64,000 nucleotides of DNA from Candidatus Ryanbacteria bacterium RIFCSPLOWO2_12_FULL_44_26 (GCA_001821765.1 MHOA01000001.1:88294-152293), one strand, 5' to 3'; positions 48,171 to 59,048 are shown, counted from the stretch's first letter. Notes: generated from the letters alone by a model not told the origin. Numbers and translations are program-made.

Positions 48171-49649
48171 TCATAAGGGTTTGAGCGTTGGGAAAAGGAT
48201 TACATCACGAATGTTATGCGTATCGGTTAAAAGCTGCACCAAACGGTCTACACCCAAGCCAAAACCAGCTGTCGGCGGCATGCCGTATTCAAGTGTTTCT
48301 ATGTAATCTTCATCCATTCTGGAAACTTCTTCATCGCCCTCTTTAAACATCTGCTCTTGTTTTATAAGGCGGCTACGCTGTTCTATGGGATCGTTAATCT
48401 CGGCGTATGCATTGATCAGTTCTATGCCTCCTGCGATAAGCTGGAACCTCAACGCTGTTTCGGGAAATTGACCGGACATTTTCGCAAAGGGAGATATATC
48501 TATCGGATGGTTTGTGATAAATGTCGGCTCAATAAGATGCTTTCTTACGACTTTTTTAAAAATCTCATCTAATATCTTCCCTCTTGAATAGACTCGGTTC
48601 ATCTCAACGCCAAACTGCTTTGAAACAAGAAGAAGTTCTTCAGTATTCATATGTTCAATGTTCGGCAGAAGGGCGTATCGTTTAATCGATTCAGAAAATG
48701 TCATCGTCCGAAACGGTTTTTTAAACGTAATAGTCTTGCCGTCAAACACAATGCTGTTTTTCTTTTTCACTTCTTTTACCGCCGCCATTATCATCTTTTC
48801 CATAAGAACTTTTAATGATTCATAGTGTTCAAATGCCATATAACCCTCCAGCATAGTAAATTCCGGCGAATGAAGAACATCAATTCCCTCATTGCGAAAG
48901 CATTTCCCTATTTCATACACACGGCGAAGATTTCCAACCATAAGCCGCTTTAAATACAGCTCCGGCGCAACACGAAGATATAAATCCATATCAAGGGCAT
49001 GGTGATGAGTGGTGAACGGGCGCGCGAGGGCGCCTCCATAGAGAGGCTGAAGAATCGGCGTTTCGACTTCATAAAAGCCATTGCCATCTAAAAAATCTCT
49101 TAGCGATTTTATAATTTTTGTTCGCTCTAGAAACCTTTCACGGCTCTCTTTATTCATTAAAAGATCAAGGGCTCTTTTTCTAAACCGTTCTTCAACATTT
49201 TGAATTCCATGCCACTTTTCGGGGAGAGGCCTTACACTTTTTGCAAGCGGCCACCAATCAGTTACCAACAGCGTCTTCTCTTTTTTTTTAGTGGTAAATA
49301 ATAAACCGCTCACACCTACAAAATCTCCGATATCAATGGAGTCGGTAAAAAGTTCATGTAATCGCTCACCCAAAGTATTCTTTTTTATATAACATTGAAG
49401 ACGAACTTCGCTATCTTCAAGATCAAAAAAAACAGAACCGCCATGAGTTCGGATACTGCGAATTCTGCCGGCAATACTTAATTTTTTTTTCTGCTTTTTT
49501 AATTTCGTAAAATGGAAAAGAACCTCTCCAATATCATGAGTACGGTTTACATTAGCGGGATAAACCGAACCAAATACTTCTTTTAAGCGTGAAAGTTTCT
49601 CCAGCCTGATATTACGAATTTCTTCCAGAGACATAATAGAAACGATCAA
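48171..49649 (-). CDS. lysS: lysyl-tRNA synthetase (class II)
   Basis: YLRVAPELYLKRLMVG, FRNEGIDVLHSPEFTMLE, motif 3 GLGVDRL. Confidence 0.9.
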   Translation of the reverse strand: MIVSIMSLEEIRNIRLEKLSRLKEVFGSVYPANVNRTHDIGEVLFHFTKLKKQKKKLSIAGRIRSIRTHGGSVFFDLEDSEVRLQCYIKKNTLGERLHELFTDSIDIGDFVGVSGLLFTTKKKEKTLLVTDWWPLAKSVRPLPEKWHGIQNVEERFRKRALDLLMNKESRERFLERTKIIKSLRDFLDGNGFYEVETPILQPLYGGALARPFTTHHHALDMDLYLRVAPELYLKRLMVGNLRRVYEIGKCFRNEGIDVLHSPEFTMLEGYMAFEHYESLKVLMEKMIMAAVKEVKKKNSIVFDGKTITFKKPFRTMTFSESIKRYALLPNIEHMNTEELLLVSKQFGVEMNRVYSRGKILDEIFKKVVRKHLIEPTFITNHPIDISPFAKMSGQFPETALRFQLIAGGIELINAYAEINDPIEQRSRLIKQEQMFKEGDEEVSRMDEDYIETLEYGMPPTAGFGLGVDRLVQLLTDTHNIRDVILFPTLKPL

Positions 49650-49652
49650 TCA

Positions 49653-50171
49653 TCAACAGATGTCAACAATGGAATACTCAATGTTCCCTTTTGGAGTTCT
49701 CACAACAACGGTATCTTTTTTTATCTTGCCCAAGAACGCTTTTCCAAACGGCGATTCATTTGAAACCTTGCCGGTAGCGATATCGACTTCGTGCGTTCCG
49801 ACAATTGTATAACGCTCAAGTCCCATCTTACTGCTTACAATAACAGTGCTGCCAACTCCAACTCTGTCTGCAGGGGGCGGTTTTTTTATAATCGTAGCGC
49901 GAGATAAAAAATCTTCCAGTTGCGCTATTTTTGCTTCATTAATGGTATGTTCCTCTTTTGCCTGATTATATTCAGCGTTTTCTGATAAATCCCCGAGACT
50001 TTTTGCAAACTTCAGCTTCTGCGCTATTTCCACGCGACGCTCGTTTTTTAGTTCTTCCAGCTCCTGCCGTAATGCTTCATACCCCTCTTTTGAAATATAT
50101 TCTTCTTCTTCAGAGGCATATTCTTGTTGTTTTCGTTTCTTTTGTGCCATAGTAGTATTTAATTCGGACAT
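49653..50171 (-). CDS. greA: transcription elongation factor GreA
   Basis: Coiled-coil N-domain with LSENAEY, FKBP-like C-domain. Confidence 0.85.
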   Translation of the reverse strand: MSELNTTMAQKKRKQQEYASEEEEYISKEGYEALRQELEELKNERRVEIAQKLKFAKSLGDLSENAEYNQAKEEHTINEAKIAQLEDFLSRATIIKKPPPADRVGVGSTVIVSSKMGLERYTIVGTHEVDIATGKVSNESPFGKAFLGKIKKDTVVVRTPKGNIEYSIVDIC

Positions 50172-50268
50172 TATACTTTATTGGAATTACAAGGTCAATT
50201 ATACCATATATACTTCGTACACATCGCCTTTTTCATGGAAATTATGAATTCCCTTTATACACATCCAA

Positions 50269-52005
50269 TTAATCTGTCAGTTCAGCAATTCCTCCGTGTT
50301 CCGAAATCCAGTTCAAAAGCTGCAACGCGACAAAGACGCTTCCGACCTGATTTTCACTTGGTCCTGCTTCTAAAAATACCACCATACCAAGTTTCGGCTC
50401 TTGGGAAGGCGCAAACCCCACGAGCCAGGAATGGGTACGATTTTTCTCTGCTGCCTGTGCTGTACCGGTTTTTACAGCAACAGGAATCTCTTGAGAGCCG
50501 AGAGCACTTGCCGTACCTTCAAGAGCCGCGAGTTTTAACCCTTCATGAACAATTTTTAGTTCATCTTTGTTTAAATGTAACAAAACGGGAGTGCCTGTCC
50601 ATTCCTTTATGGCCGTCATATCATCATCTACTACCTTTTTTAGAAGATGCAGTGTTGGTAAATACTCACCGTTTGCTAATCCTCCAATAGCACGAGCGGC
50701 TTGAATGGGCGTAGCCAAAACATCTCCTTGACCAATACTAACGTGATACGTATCTCCAATTCGCCAAATTGGATCGCTCGGATGCAAAAACTGTTTCTCA
50801 TCAGGTCCGGGCACAACGCTTGTTTTCTCTCCGGCAAGATCAATGCCGGTAACAGACCCGAAACCGAATCGGTACAGCCATTCGCGTATTTTCTTAATCC
50901 CCAACCCCTTCACATCACCAAATCCGCCGCCAATGGCGTAAAAATATACATTTGATGAAACAGCGAGCGCGCGCCGCATATCAACAAAACCGTGAGCGCG
51001 CCAATCTTTAAAAACAGTACTCCTGCCGGGATAATATGGATCAGGAATCGATATTGAGCCAGAACTAAAGATCTGTTTATTTGCAGTTATAATATTTTCA
51101 GTCAAAGCGGCAACAGCAATGTACGGTTTTATTGCGGATCCCGGCGGATAGTTTCCCGCAATGGCTCTGTTAAAAAAAGGATTGCTTGGGTTTTCGAGAA
51201 GCTTCTTGAATTCTTCTGAAGAAATTCCTCCCGAAAAAAGATTGACATTAAAGCTTGGGATACTTATAAGGGCAAACACCTCTCCGGAAACAACATCAAA
51301 GACAATCAAAGCGCCACCCTGAAATCCCCGTTCCGCAGCAGTTTTTGACAATGCTTCATATGCAAATTTTTGGAATTCTGCATCTAAAGTAAGCACAATA
51401 CTTTTCCCGGGCACAGCATCACGAATAATCCCTTCAGATACCACAATGCCATCAGCATCAACTTCTTGGAGTTGTTCTCCGAGTTCTCCTCTGAGATATT
51501 CGTCGTAAAAATATTCAACACCATCCCGCCCAACTGCCGAAAAATTATAAAGCTCTAAATCTTTTTCCACGTCCTCTAATGCCGGAAGGCCAACAAACCC
51601 TATCACATGAGAAAACGCGACGTCATCGTGTATGGTCCGTTGTATTTCATTCTCATGCGACACCCATCGATTTTCAACTATAATACGGCCTTTTCTGTCA
51701 TAGATAAGACCTCGCGGCGGAGAAAACACTGTTTTCTGGATGCTGTTTGACGCCGCCCTCTTTGCGTATGCCTCTCCTTGCAACAGAGTAAGCCACGATA
51801 CACGAGTCAACAAAAAAACAAGCAAAAAAATGATAAAGGTAAAGAATAGAAAGAATGAAAACCTTGAAAACGGCTTTTCCAGTATTGAGGCGGGTTTGGC
51901 CTCATCAATTGAGCCGTGCAATGAAGCATCCACCAACACTTCATCAAAGGCAATGTGGAGATTTAACTTCCCGCGTTTATTCTTTCTTGTTGAAAATGGA
52001 AACAC
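50269..52005 (-). CDS. mrdA: penicillin-binding protein 2 (elongasome transpeptidase)
   Basis: SAIK, SSN, KTGTAQ; downstream of mreBCD. Confidence 0.8.
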   Translation of the reverse strand: MFPFSTRKNKRGKLNLHIAFDEVLVDASLHGSIDEAKPASILEKPFSRFSFFLFFTFIIFLLVFLLTRVSWLTLLQGEAYAKRAASNSIQKTVFSPPRGLIYDRKGRIIVENRWVSHENEIQRTIHDDVAFSHVIGFVGLPALEDVEKDLELYNFSAVGRDGVEYFYDEYLRGELGEQLQEVDADGIVVSEGIIRDAVPGKSIVLTLDAEFQKFAYEALSKTAAERGFQGGALIVFDVVSGEVFALISIPSFNVNLFSGGISSEEFKKLLENPSNPFFNRAIAGNYPPGSAIKPYIAVAALTENIITANKQIFSSGSISIPDPYYPGRSTVFKDWRAHGFVDMRRALAVSSNVYFYAIGGGFGDVKGLGIKKIREWLYRFGFGSVTGIDLAGEKTSVVPGPDEKQFLHPSDPIWRIGDTYHVSIGQGDVLATPIQAARAIGGLANGEYLPTLHLLKKVVDDDMTAIKEWTGTPVLLHLNKDELKIVHEGLKLAALEGTASALGSQEIPVAVKTGTAQAAEKNRTHSWLVGFAPSQEPKLGMVVFLEAGPSENQVGSVFVALQLLNWISEHGGIAELTD

Positions 52006-52402
52006 GGAAAAAGCTGTTGCTCAATAACAATAAAAGCAAGAAAAGCAGAAGGAGTAAAGTATATTCAATTGCCATAACGCCCCCTCTGACCGCGACCGTC
52101 AAAAAATTGCCGGGCAAGGGACCCAACACAAGGACCATCACTGCAATTGTTTTTACGAAAACATAACACCACACACCAAAAAGAAAAATGAAAACGTTAT
52201 GCAAAACATATCTTTGCCCAATGATTGTACAAGCTTTATAGGCCGCCATAAGCCCAACAGTAATGCTTAGCACCTCGACACCAAACGGAAATGGTGAAAG
52301 TGTTTCTAAAAAAAACGCCGCAATAACCGTTAATATAATTACTATGCTCTTTTTCACACGCCCCGCCAGAATATAAATGACGATCGGCATTAAAGCAAAC
52401 AT
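51977..52402 (-). CDS. mreD: rod shape-determining protein MreD (putative)
   Basis: 141-aa polytopic membrane protein between mreC and mrdA. Confidence 0.5.
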   Translation of the reverse strand: MFALMPIVIYILAGRVKKSIVIILTVIAAFFLETLSPFPFGVEVLSITVGLMAAYKACTIIGQRYVLHNVFIFLFGVWCYVFVKTIAVMVLVLGPLPGNFLTVAVRGGVMAIEYTLLLLLFLLLLLLSNSFFRVSIFNKKE

Positions 52403-52406
52403 AATG

Positions 52407-53165
52407 CTATTTTCCTATAAATACTTCCTTAATAATGTCTGCATTAATCGGACTTCTCACCAGTAATTCCAAAAACGGGGTTGTAACTTCATCTTTTATA
52501 GATACAACTTCACCGATAATGAAACTATCAGCTATATTGTTCACCACGATCTCGCCGATATCTACTGTAACGCCTCGAGGCACTTTTGTGATATAAAAAC
52601 CAGCTCCCTTCCCTTCAAGTATCACCGGAACCCCCGGGCCGGCAAGGATGCCGTTCATTTCCGTAAAAGGAGCAAAAGCGAATTTCACTGTACTGGAATG
52701 ACCGCTGGTGTCCTGTATGAAACCTAAAAGCGCGTTTTTATAAAAAACAATATTTCCGCTGGAGACGCCATCAGTATGTCCTTTGTTTAGAAGAGCTGTG
52801 TGAGCAAAGCTGTCAAGACGCTTGAACATCACAGAAGCTGGAATAACATCGTGTGTTATCTGTAGAGTGGATACTTCAGCATCAAGAGATTGATATTCGC
52901 TTATTCTAACTTCATCTCTCATACTTTTAATTTTTAAATAAGTGTTTTCTTTTTTAAGCTCAATAATCCCACTGCGCTTTCCAGCACCAAGCAGGGAAAA
53001 TTGCTCAATAATCCCAGACCATACATATCCAGCGCCAACAAGAGGGGTGGAAAGAAACGTAAGCGCTAAGGAGCGCATAGGCGCAAGAATATTGATGATG
53101 AAACTGAAAAGAAGCGCCGCTATAAAAAAACCAAAAAAGATTCTGATATTTTTGGGCCGCCCCAT
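52407..53165 (-). CDS. mreC: rod shape-determining protein MreC
   Basis: N-terminal TM, coiled coil, C-terminal beta domain; follows mreB. Confidence 0.7.
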   Translation of the reverse strand: MGRPKNIRIFFGFFIAALLFSFIINILAPMRSLALTFLSTPLVGAGYVWSGIIEQFSLLGAGKRSGIIELKKENTYLKIKSMRDEVRISEYQSLDAEVSTLQITHDVIPASVMFKRLDSFAHTALLNKGHTDGVSSGNIVFYKNALLGFIQDTSGHSSTVKFAFAPFTEMNGILAGPGVPVILEGKGAGFYITKVPRGVTVDIGEIVVNNIADSFIIGEVVSIKDEVTTPFLELLVRSPINADIIKEVFIGK

Positions 53166-53177
53166 ATATCACACGTA

Positions 53178-54233
53178 TTATGTAAACGAGACCTCTTCAG
53201 AAGTTTCGTCAATTAAGACATTTTTTAAATGGTCAATATCTTCCAAAACAATCCCTGTCCCTCTCACAACAGCTGTTACCGGATCATCAGCAACATGTAC
53301 TGGAATTCTTGTTTCTCTCTCAAAAAGTATATCAAGTCCGCGCAGCTGCGATCCTCCTCCCACCAACACAATGCCCCTGTGTATGATATCGGCCACCAGC
53401 TCCGGCGGGGTAACTTCGATTGTTTCTTTGACTGATTTTACCAATGCATGCACTGAATTTTTAAGCGCTTCCCTGACATCCGCGTCCGTCACAAGCACTT
53501 CCCTTGGAAGGCCGGAAATGAGATCCCGTCCGCGCATTGTTGCCTCCAGTTCTTCACTCTGGGTAACCGCGGAACCAATGGCAATTTTCAGATCTTCAGC
53601 AGTTCGTTCTCCTATAACGATCTTAAATTCGTTTCTTGCAAAATCTATAATATCCGCATTCATTCGATCTCCGGCAACGCGGAGATTTTTTGAAGCAACA
53701 ATGCCGCCAAGGGATATCACCGCTATATCACTCGTACCCCCCCCAATATCAACAATCATATTGCCAACAGGTTCCTGGACTTCAAGTCTCACGCCAATTG
53801 CTGCCGCCATGGGTTCGTCGATCAAAAACACTTGCCGAGCGCCAGCTGATTTTGCCGCATCAATAACTGCTTTGCGCTCTACTTCTGTAATGCCGGACGG
53901 CACGCCAATAACAACGCGCGGACGCGCCAGCCGCCGGACATAACTGCCATGCACTTTATGTATAAAATGCATAATCATTTCCTCCGTTATTTCAAAATCA
54001 GAAATCACACCTTCTATCAGTGGCCTGTGGGCGACGATGTGTGATGGAGTTCTGCCAACCATTCGTTTTGCATCAGACCCAACCGCAACGACTTTGCCGG
54101 TTTTTTGATTCACAGCAACCACAGAAGGCTCATTAATAACAATTCCACGACCAGCAACGTATACCAGTGTATTAGCGGTCCCGAGGTCAATGCCTATGTC
54201 GTTTGAAAAAATACTAAATAACGAATTAAACAT
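53178..54233 (-). CDS. mreB: rod shape-determining protein MreB
   Basis: IGIDLGTANTLVYV, actin-fold phosphate motifs DIGGGTSD, GGGS. Confidence 0.9.
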   Translation of the reverse strand: MFNSLFSIFSNDIGIDLGTANTLVYVAGRGIVINEPSVVAVNQKTGKVVAVGSDAKRMVGRTPSHIVAHRPLIEGVISDFEITEEMIMHFIHKVHGSYVRRLARPRVVIGVPSGITEVERKAVIDAAKSAGARQVFLIDEPMAAAIGVRLEVQEPVGNMIVDIGGGTSDIAVISLGGIVASKNLRVAGDRMNADIIDFARNEFKIVIGERTAEDLKIAIGSAVTQSEELEATMRGRDLISGLPREVLVTDADVREALKNSVHALVKSVKETIEVTPPELVADIIHRGIVLVGGGSQLRGLDILFERETRIPVHVADDPVTAVVRGTGIVLEDIDHLKNVLIDETSEEVSFT

Positions 54234-54237
54234 ATTG

Positions 54238-55494
54238 TTATTTTTTTAGTAAAACTTCAAACAGCTCCTGCTCGGACAACAACCGTATAGTATCTTCCGA
54301 TCTTTTCTTTATCTCTACCTTCCCTGCTGTGGTCGTCCGCTCCGAAACAACGGCTCTTATAGGAATTCCAATCAAATCAGCGTCTGCAAATTTTTCACCC
54401 GCAGTACGATCAGAGCGATCATCATAAAGAATACTCACCCCCATATCAACAATCCTTTCATACAGTGTCTTGGAGAACTCTGCCGCTTTGCCTGCATCGG
54501 CAAGGGAAAGAAGATGCACTTGGAATGGAGCAATTTGCTGGGGCCATATAATACCCCGTTCATCATGATGCACCTCAACGACAGTTCCCATAATACGCGA
54601 TGATCCAATACCATAACATCCCATCAGTATCTCGCCTTTTGCCCCGTCTTTTAACAAGACGGAAAGATCAAACGGTTTGGAATACTTCGTGTATAACTTA
54701 AATATATTTCCGACCTCCGTGCTCTTCCGGACCGCCCACTTTTTCCCTTCATGTTCAACGATAGATCCGACTTCCTTAGACCTTAGATGTTGCGGCATAA
54801 GCTCACCATTGAACGCCTCGCCGCTATCCGCAACAAAAATGACATCTTCCCCTGTGGGCACCACAACTTGAAATTCATCAGAATATTTTGAGAATGTGCC
54901 CCCAGAAGCCTTCACTCGCAATGTTTTCAGGCCAAGCCTTAAGAAAAGCCGCGTATAGACATCTGCTACCAGTTCATAGTATGTATGAAGCGACTCCTCG
55001 CTTATATGAAAGCTGTACAAGTCTTTCATGCGAAATTCTCTTCCCCTCAGCAACCCGGACTTTGCCCGAGGTTCATCCCGAAACTTTGTCTGAATCTGAT
55101 ATAACGCGAACGGGAAATCTTTATAAGAAAGGGGGGAGCGTTGAACAAGCGGAACAATAGATTCCTCGTGTGTTGGGGCAAGCGCGAATTCTTTATCAAA
55201 ATGAGAAACCACTTTAAACAACGCATCAAACCCGTGAAATCGCCCCGTTTTCTCCCAATATTCCTTTGGATGCAGCGCGGGCATGAGCACTTCGTTGGCG
55301 CCGAGTTTGTTCATTTCCTCCCTTATAATGTTTTCAATATTTACAAGCGTTCTTAAGCCAAGCGGAAGATATTGATACGCTCCCGCCATCAGCTTATGAA
55401 TAAATCCCGCGCGTGAAAGCAGTTTTGCATTTATTGAAATTTCATCTTTCGGATCCTCATGAAGCGTTTTGGCGAACAATTTCGACTGCAACAT
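54238..55494 (-). CDS. proS: prolyl-tRNA synthetase (short form without editing insertion)
   Basis: N-terminus SHQLMxRAG-like (LLSRAGFIHKLMAGAYQYLPLG), motif 2 FRDE..R, motif 3 region. Confidence 0.85.
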   Translation of the reverse strand: MLQSKLFAKTLHEDPKDEISINAKLLSRAGFIHKLMAGAYQYLPLGLRTLVNIENIIREEMNKLGANEVLMPALHPKEYWEKTGRFHGFDALFKVVSHFDKEFALAPTHEESIVPLVQRSPLSYKDFPFALYQIQTKFRDEPRAKSGLLRGREFRMKDLYSFHISEESLHTYYELVADVYTRLFLRLGLKTLRVKASGGTFSKYSDEFQVVVPTGEDVIFVADSGEAFNGELMPQHLRSKEVGSIVEHEGKKWAVRKSTEVGNIFKLYTKYSKPFDLSVLLKDGAKGEILMGCYGIGSSRIMGTVVEVHHDERGIIWPQQIAPFQVHLLSLADAGKAAEFSKTLYERIVDMGVSILYDDRSDRTAGEKFADADLIGIPIRAVVSERTTTAGKVEIKKRSEDTIRLLSEQELFEVLLKK

Positions 55495-55563
55495 AGGCGT
55501 ATGGTAGCACCGAAAATTGAAAAAATCAAAACCGCCCCTAGGCTAAATTAAAAAACGGTCTGC

Positions 55564-56649
55564 TTACAAAAAGCGTACAACATCCCAATAGGTCACAATC
55601 AGCAACAACCCAATCAGCACAATAAAGCCAATAGAGTGAATAATTCTGGGAATATGAGGCGCAAGCGGCGCCCCCCTTATTTTCTCTATAAGAATGAAAA
55701 ACAACCTTCCCCCATCAAGCGCCGGAATAGGAAGGACATTTAAGACGGCCAGGTTGACAGAAAGCAACGCTACCAACTGAAATAGATACGAAAGCCCGAG
55801 ACGCTCTGTATCTACAACGATTGTTGCTATTCCAACAGGGCCAGCAATCCCGCCATCAATGGGCGAACCACCAAACAACGACAGGAAAAATGTGCCCAGA
55901 AACCGAACAATAGCGCCCAAACTGACAAGCGTTGTCTTTAAGCCTAAAAACAACGCTTCATACCATGGCGCACTAACCAAACCGGTCTGCAGCATAGCAA
56001 TACCAATAGCGCCTTCACCTTGAGGCGGATTTTCTCTGGGGACTATCAGAACATTTTCTATTTCTTTACCGCGTTTAATTACTACTGTTATTTCTTCCCC
56101 TTTATGCGCATCAATAAAATCCTGAACCTGCTTCATTGAATGTATGAAGACGCGCTGGTCTTTTGCTGAAAACGCATATATAACGTCACCAAACATAAGC
56201 CCATGTTCTGCGGCCGGCGAATGAGGAAACACTTCAACGACACGCACCACAATATCGCGAACACCTGCGGGTAAAGGGGTATCATCTTGAATAATAATCG
56301 GGCTTCCCAGCCAATGTACCAACGAAAATAGCATAAAGGCCGTAATAACGTTTGCAACGACTCCCGCCACGATAATGAATGAGCGTTTTCCGGCTGACTG
56401 CGCTGCAAAACTTCTTGGCCCTCCCGCTATGTCTTCCTCTCCTTCTAAACGAACAAATCCGCCAAGGGGGAGCAAATTAAGAGAATACAATGTCTCGCCT
56501 TTCTTGACGCCGAAAAGCCTCGGAGGAAACCCGAAGCCAAACTCCTCTACTTGCACACCGCTTTTCTTCGCAACGATAAAATGCCCAAACTCGTGGGTAA
56601 GAACAAGCAGAGAAAATACCACAAGGAAAAGAAAAACAGCAAACAACAT
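55564..56649 (-). CDS. rseP: site-2 protease RseP (M50 zinc metalloprotease with PDZ)
   Basis: HEFGHF in TM1, PDZ, LDGG motif. Confidence 0.8.
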   Translation of the reverse strand: MLFAVFLFLVVFSLLVLTHEFGHFIVAKKSGVQVEEFGFGFPPRLFGVKKGETLYSLNLLPLGGFVRLEGEEDIAGGPRSFAAQSAGKRSFIIVAGVVANVITAFMLFSLVHWLGSPIIIQDDTPLPAGVRDIVVRVVEVFPHSPAAEHGLMFGDVIYAFSAKDQRVFIHSMKQVQDFIDAHKGEEITVVIKRGKEIENVLIVPRENPPQGEGAIGIAMLQTGLVSAPWYEALFLGLKTTLVSLGAIVRFLGTFFLSLFGGSPIDGGIAGPVGIATIVVDTERLGLSYLFQLVALLSVNLAVLNVLPIPALDGGRLFFILIEKIRGAPLAPHIPRIIHSIGFIVLIGLLLIVTYWDVVRFL

Positions 56650-56657
56650 AATTAATA

Positions 56658-57209
56658 CTATCCTTCTATTTCTCTCATTTTTTGAGATTCGATATTGTTG
56701 ATGGCATCGGAATATTCATCAATAATTTTTTGGAGCTCTTTATGAAGACGGAACTTTTCATCCTCCGAAATCTCTTTATTTCTTTCAGCGGTCTGGATAA
56801 GATTTTTTGCCTTATCTCTCTTTTGACGCACTTTGACACGAGCATCCTCAATTTTTTTTCCCAATACCTTCATAAATTCCTCCCTTCGCTCACTGGTAAG
56901 AGAAGGAAGTATGAGAAGAATTCTCCCCTCCTGCACCGCAGGCAACATACCGAGATTCGCTTCCTTCAAAGCATGTTGAATCGGATCAAGCAGCGCTTTA
57001 TCCCAAGGCTGGATAAAAATTGTTTTAGGATCAGGCGTAGAAATGGAGGCAACATGCTTTAACTCTGAAACATTTTCATACGCCTTTACTTTTATATTTT
57101 CGACTAATGCAGGCGTTGCACGACCGGCGCGGAGAGATCCAATATCTTTGAGAAGATATTGTACAATATCTTCTAACTCCCCCTTTACATGGCTTAGCAT
57201 ATCTTGCAT
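56658..57209 (-). CDS. frr: ribosome recycling factor
   Basis: LRAGRATPALVENIKVKAY, ISTPDPKT. Confidence 0.9.
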   Translation of the reverse strand: MQDMLSHVKGELEDIVQYLLKDIGSLRAGRATPALVENIKVKAYENVSELKHVASISTPDPKTIFIQPWDKALLDPIQHALKEANLGMLPAVQEGRILLILPSLTSERREEFMKVLGKKIEDARVKVRQKRDKAKNLIQTAERNKEISEDEKFRLHKELQKIIDEYSDAINNIESQKMREIEG

Positions 57210-57220
57210 TGCAGAAATTC

Positions 57221-58024
57221 TTATAAATATTCACATGAAAACAAAAACTCCTCAAGCAAGAGTCCCGGATTCGTATTTGTATGCTCCATAATATATAACG
57301 CATGGCACGCCAGAGAAAGGCGCTTGCTGATTTGAAGAAATTCTCTGTCACCGAAACGATCAGTTGCAACATATTCATGCAGTTTTTTTTCAAACAACAT
57401 AATAAGTTCTGTCAAAAGCGTGCCTGCTTTTTCCTTGTTTTCAGACAACTTCTTCAACTGCTCAAGTCTTTCATATGAAGGCAAAGAGAGGAAAGTGTTT
57501 GCTTGCTTAAGAGCCGGACTTTTTGATTGTCCATTGAATAGAAAAAATACTTGCAGGCGGGAACGCATGACTTGAGGAACTGAAGACAGGTTGGAGGATA
57601 ATAAAATAAACAGTGTTCCTGCGGGCGGTTCTTCCAGTATTTTTAGCAGCGCTCCTGCCGCCTCGCGTGAAAGCCTATGGGCATCGGCCACATACACTAT
57701 GTTCCACCCCGATGTACGCTTTAAAAAAATATGCTTTTTCATTGTTCTGACAGCCTCAACGCCGATGGTGCTTTTCCCGTTCTCGTTTTTGAGAAACTCC
57801 ACGAAAAGTTCCGGGTTTTTACCGTATGTGCGGCACTCGTAGCATTTCCCGCAATAAGCAAGTTTACCGGCATCCTTTTTTCCTGAACAGATAAAGAACT
57901 GCATTATTGCTTGTGCGACGTGCTCTCGGTCAGCTTGAAGAGTTGAAATAAACAAGTACCCATGAGGAATGCTTGCGCTTAAAAGCTGTTTTGCTATGGT
58001 CTTTTTAAGGACTTGAGTGAGCAT
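57221..58024 (-). CDS. holB: DNA polymerase III delta' subunit
   Basis: AAA+ fold without intact P-loop (HGYLFIS), Zn module CGKCYECR, sensor motifs VYVADAHRLSREAAGALLKILEEPP, RSRLQVF. Confidence 0.65.
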   Translation of the reverse strand: MLTQVLKKTIAKQLLSASIPHGYLFISTLQADREHVAQAIMQFFICSGKKDAGKLAYCGKCYECRTYGKNPELFVEFLKNENGKSTIGVEAVRTMKKHIFLKRTSGWNIVYVADAHRLSREAAGALLKILEEPPAGTLFILLSSNLSSVPQVMRSRLQVFFLFNGQSKSPALKQANTFLSLPSYERLEQLKKLSENKEKAGTLLTELIMLFEKKLHEYVATDRFGDREFLQISKRLSLACHALYIMEHTNTNPGLLLEEFLFSCEYL

Positions 58025-58025
58025 A

Positions 58026-59048
58026 CTATCGCTTCAGCAGTATGCTCTTTTTATATGCTTCCAGATGCTCAAGCGCCGTACCACAACCTTTTGCAACACA
58101 CAACAGCGGATCATTTGCAACAGACGCTGAAACGCCGGTTGAACGGTAGACAAGCTCTTCAATATTTCTAAGAAGTGAACCGCCGCCTGTCATAACAATG
58201 CTTTCTGATATAATATCAGCCGAAAGCTCCGGCGGCGTATTCTGCAAGGTGGTTTTAATAGAACGGATGATATCATCAAGACATCCCTGAATCGCTTTTA
58301 CTACTTCGTTGGTTGAAATATCAGCACTTCGCGGGAGCCCAGTGAGAATATCCCTCCCCTTAATAGTACAGACCAACTCCTCTTTTACCGGTATTGCCGA
58401 CCCAACGGCAATCTTTATTTCCTCTGCAGTGCGCTCGCCAATGGCAAGATTGAGATGTTCTTTAATATGATCGGCAATGGCCTGATCAATTTTATCACCA
58501 GCTACTTTTACAGAATTTGATGTTACAATTCCTCCAAGAGCAATGACGGCGGAATCGGTCGTGCCTCCTCCGATATCTACCACCATATACCCTCGCGGCT
58601 CGTGGATTGGAATGCCCGCCCCGATAGCTGCAAGAATCGGCTCTTTCACCACATACGCCGATTTTGCACCGGCTTTCATAGCTGCTTCCACAACCGCCCT
58701 TCTTTCGGTTGAGGTGACTCCGGCAGGAACGGATACCATGACATCGGGTTTAATAATGTTAAAGCGTCCCAGCGACTTAGATATAAAATAATTCAACATT
58801 GCTTCAGTTACCCGATAGTCCGCTATAACACCGTTTTTTAAAGGCCGATACGCAATAATGTTCTCTGGAGTGCGCCCGATCATGATTTTTGCCTCATTAC
58901 CTACCGCAAGCACCTTCTTAGACCCCACAGAAACGGCAACGACCGATGGCTCATTAATACAGACTCCTTTTTGCGGCACAAACACGAGTGTATTTGCCGT
59001 TCCAAGATCAATGCCGAGTTTTCTGATAAATAACGCCATATTATCCAC
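58026..59048 (-). CDS. MreB-family actin homolog (second paralog)
   Basis: LGIDLGTANTLVFV, DIGGGTTD, GGGS. Confidence 0.85.
   Translation of the reverse strand: MDNMALFIRKLGIDLGTANTLVFVPQKGVCINEPSVVAVSVGSKKVLAVGNEAKIMIGRTPENIIAYRPLKNGVIADYRVTEAMLNYFISKSLGRFNIIKPDVMVSVPAGVTSTERRAVVEAAMKAGAKSAYVVKEPILAAIGAGIPIHEPRGYMVVDIGGGTTDSAVIALGGIVTSNSVKVAGDKIDQAIADHIKEHLNLAIGERTAEEIKIAVGSAIPVKEELVCTIKGRDILTGLPRSADISTNEVVKAIQGCLDDIIRSIKTTLQNTPPELSADIISESIVMTGGGSLLRNIEELVYRSTGVSASVANDPLLCVAKGCGTALEHLEAYKKSILLKR

Noticed and set aside
52942-53943. 333-aa plus-strand ORF
   Set aside because: Antisense to mreC/mreB; Ser/Thr-rich low-complexity translation with no RBS.
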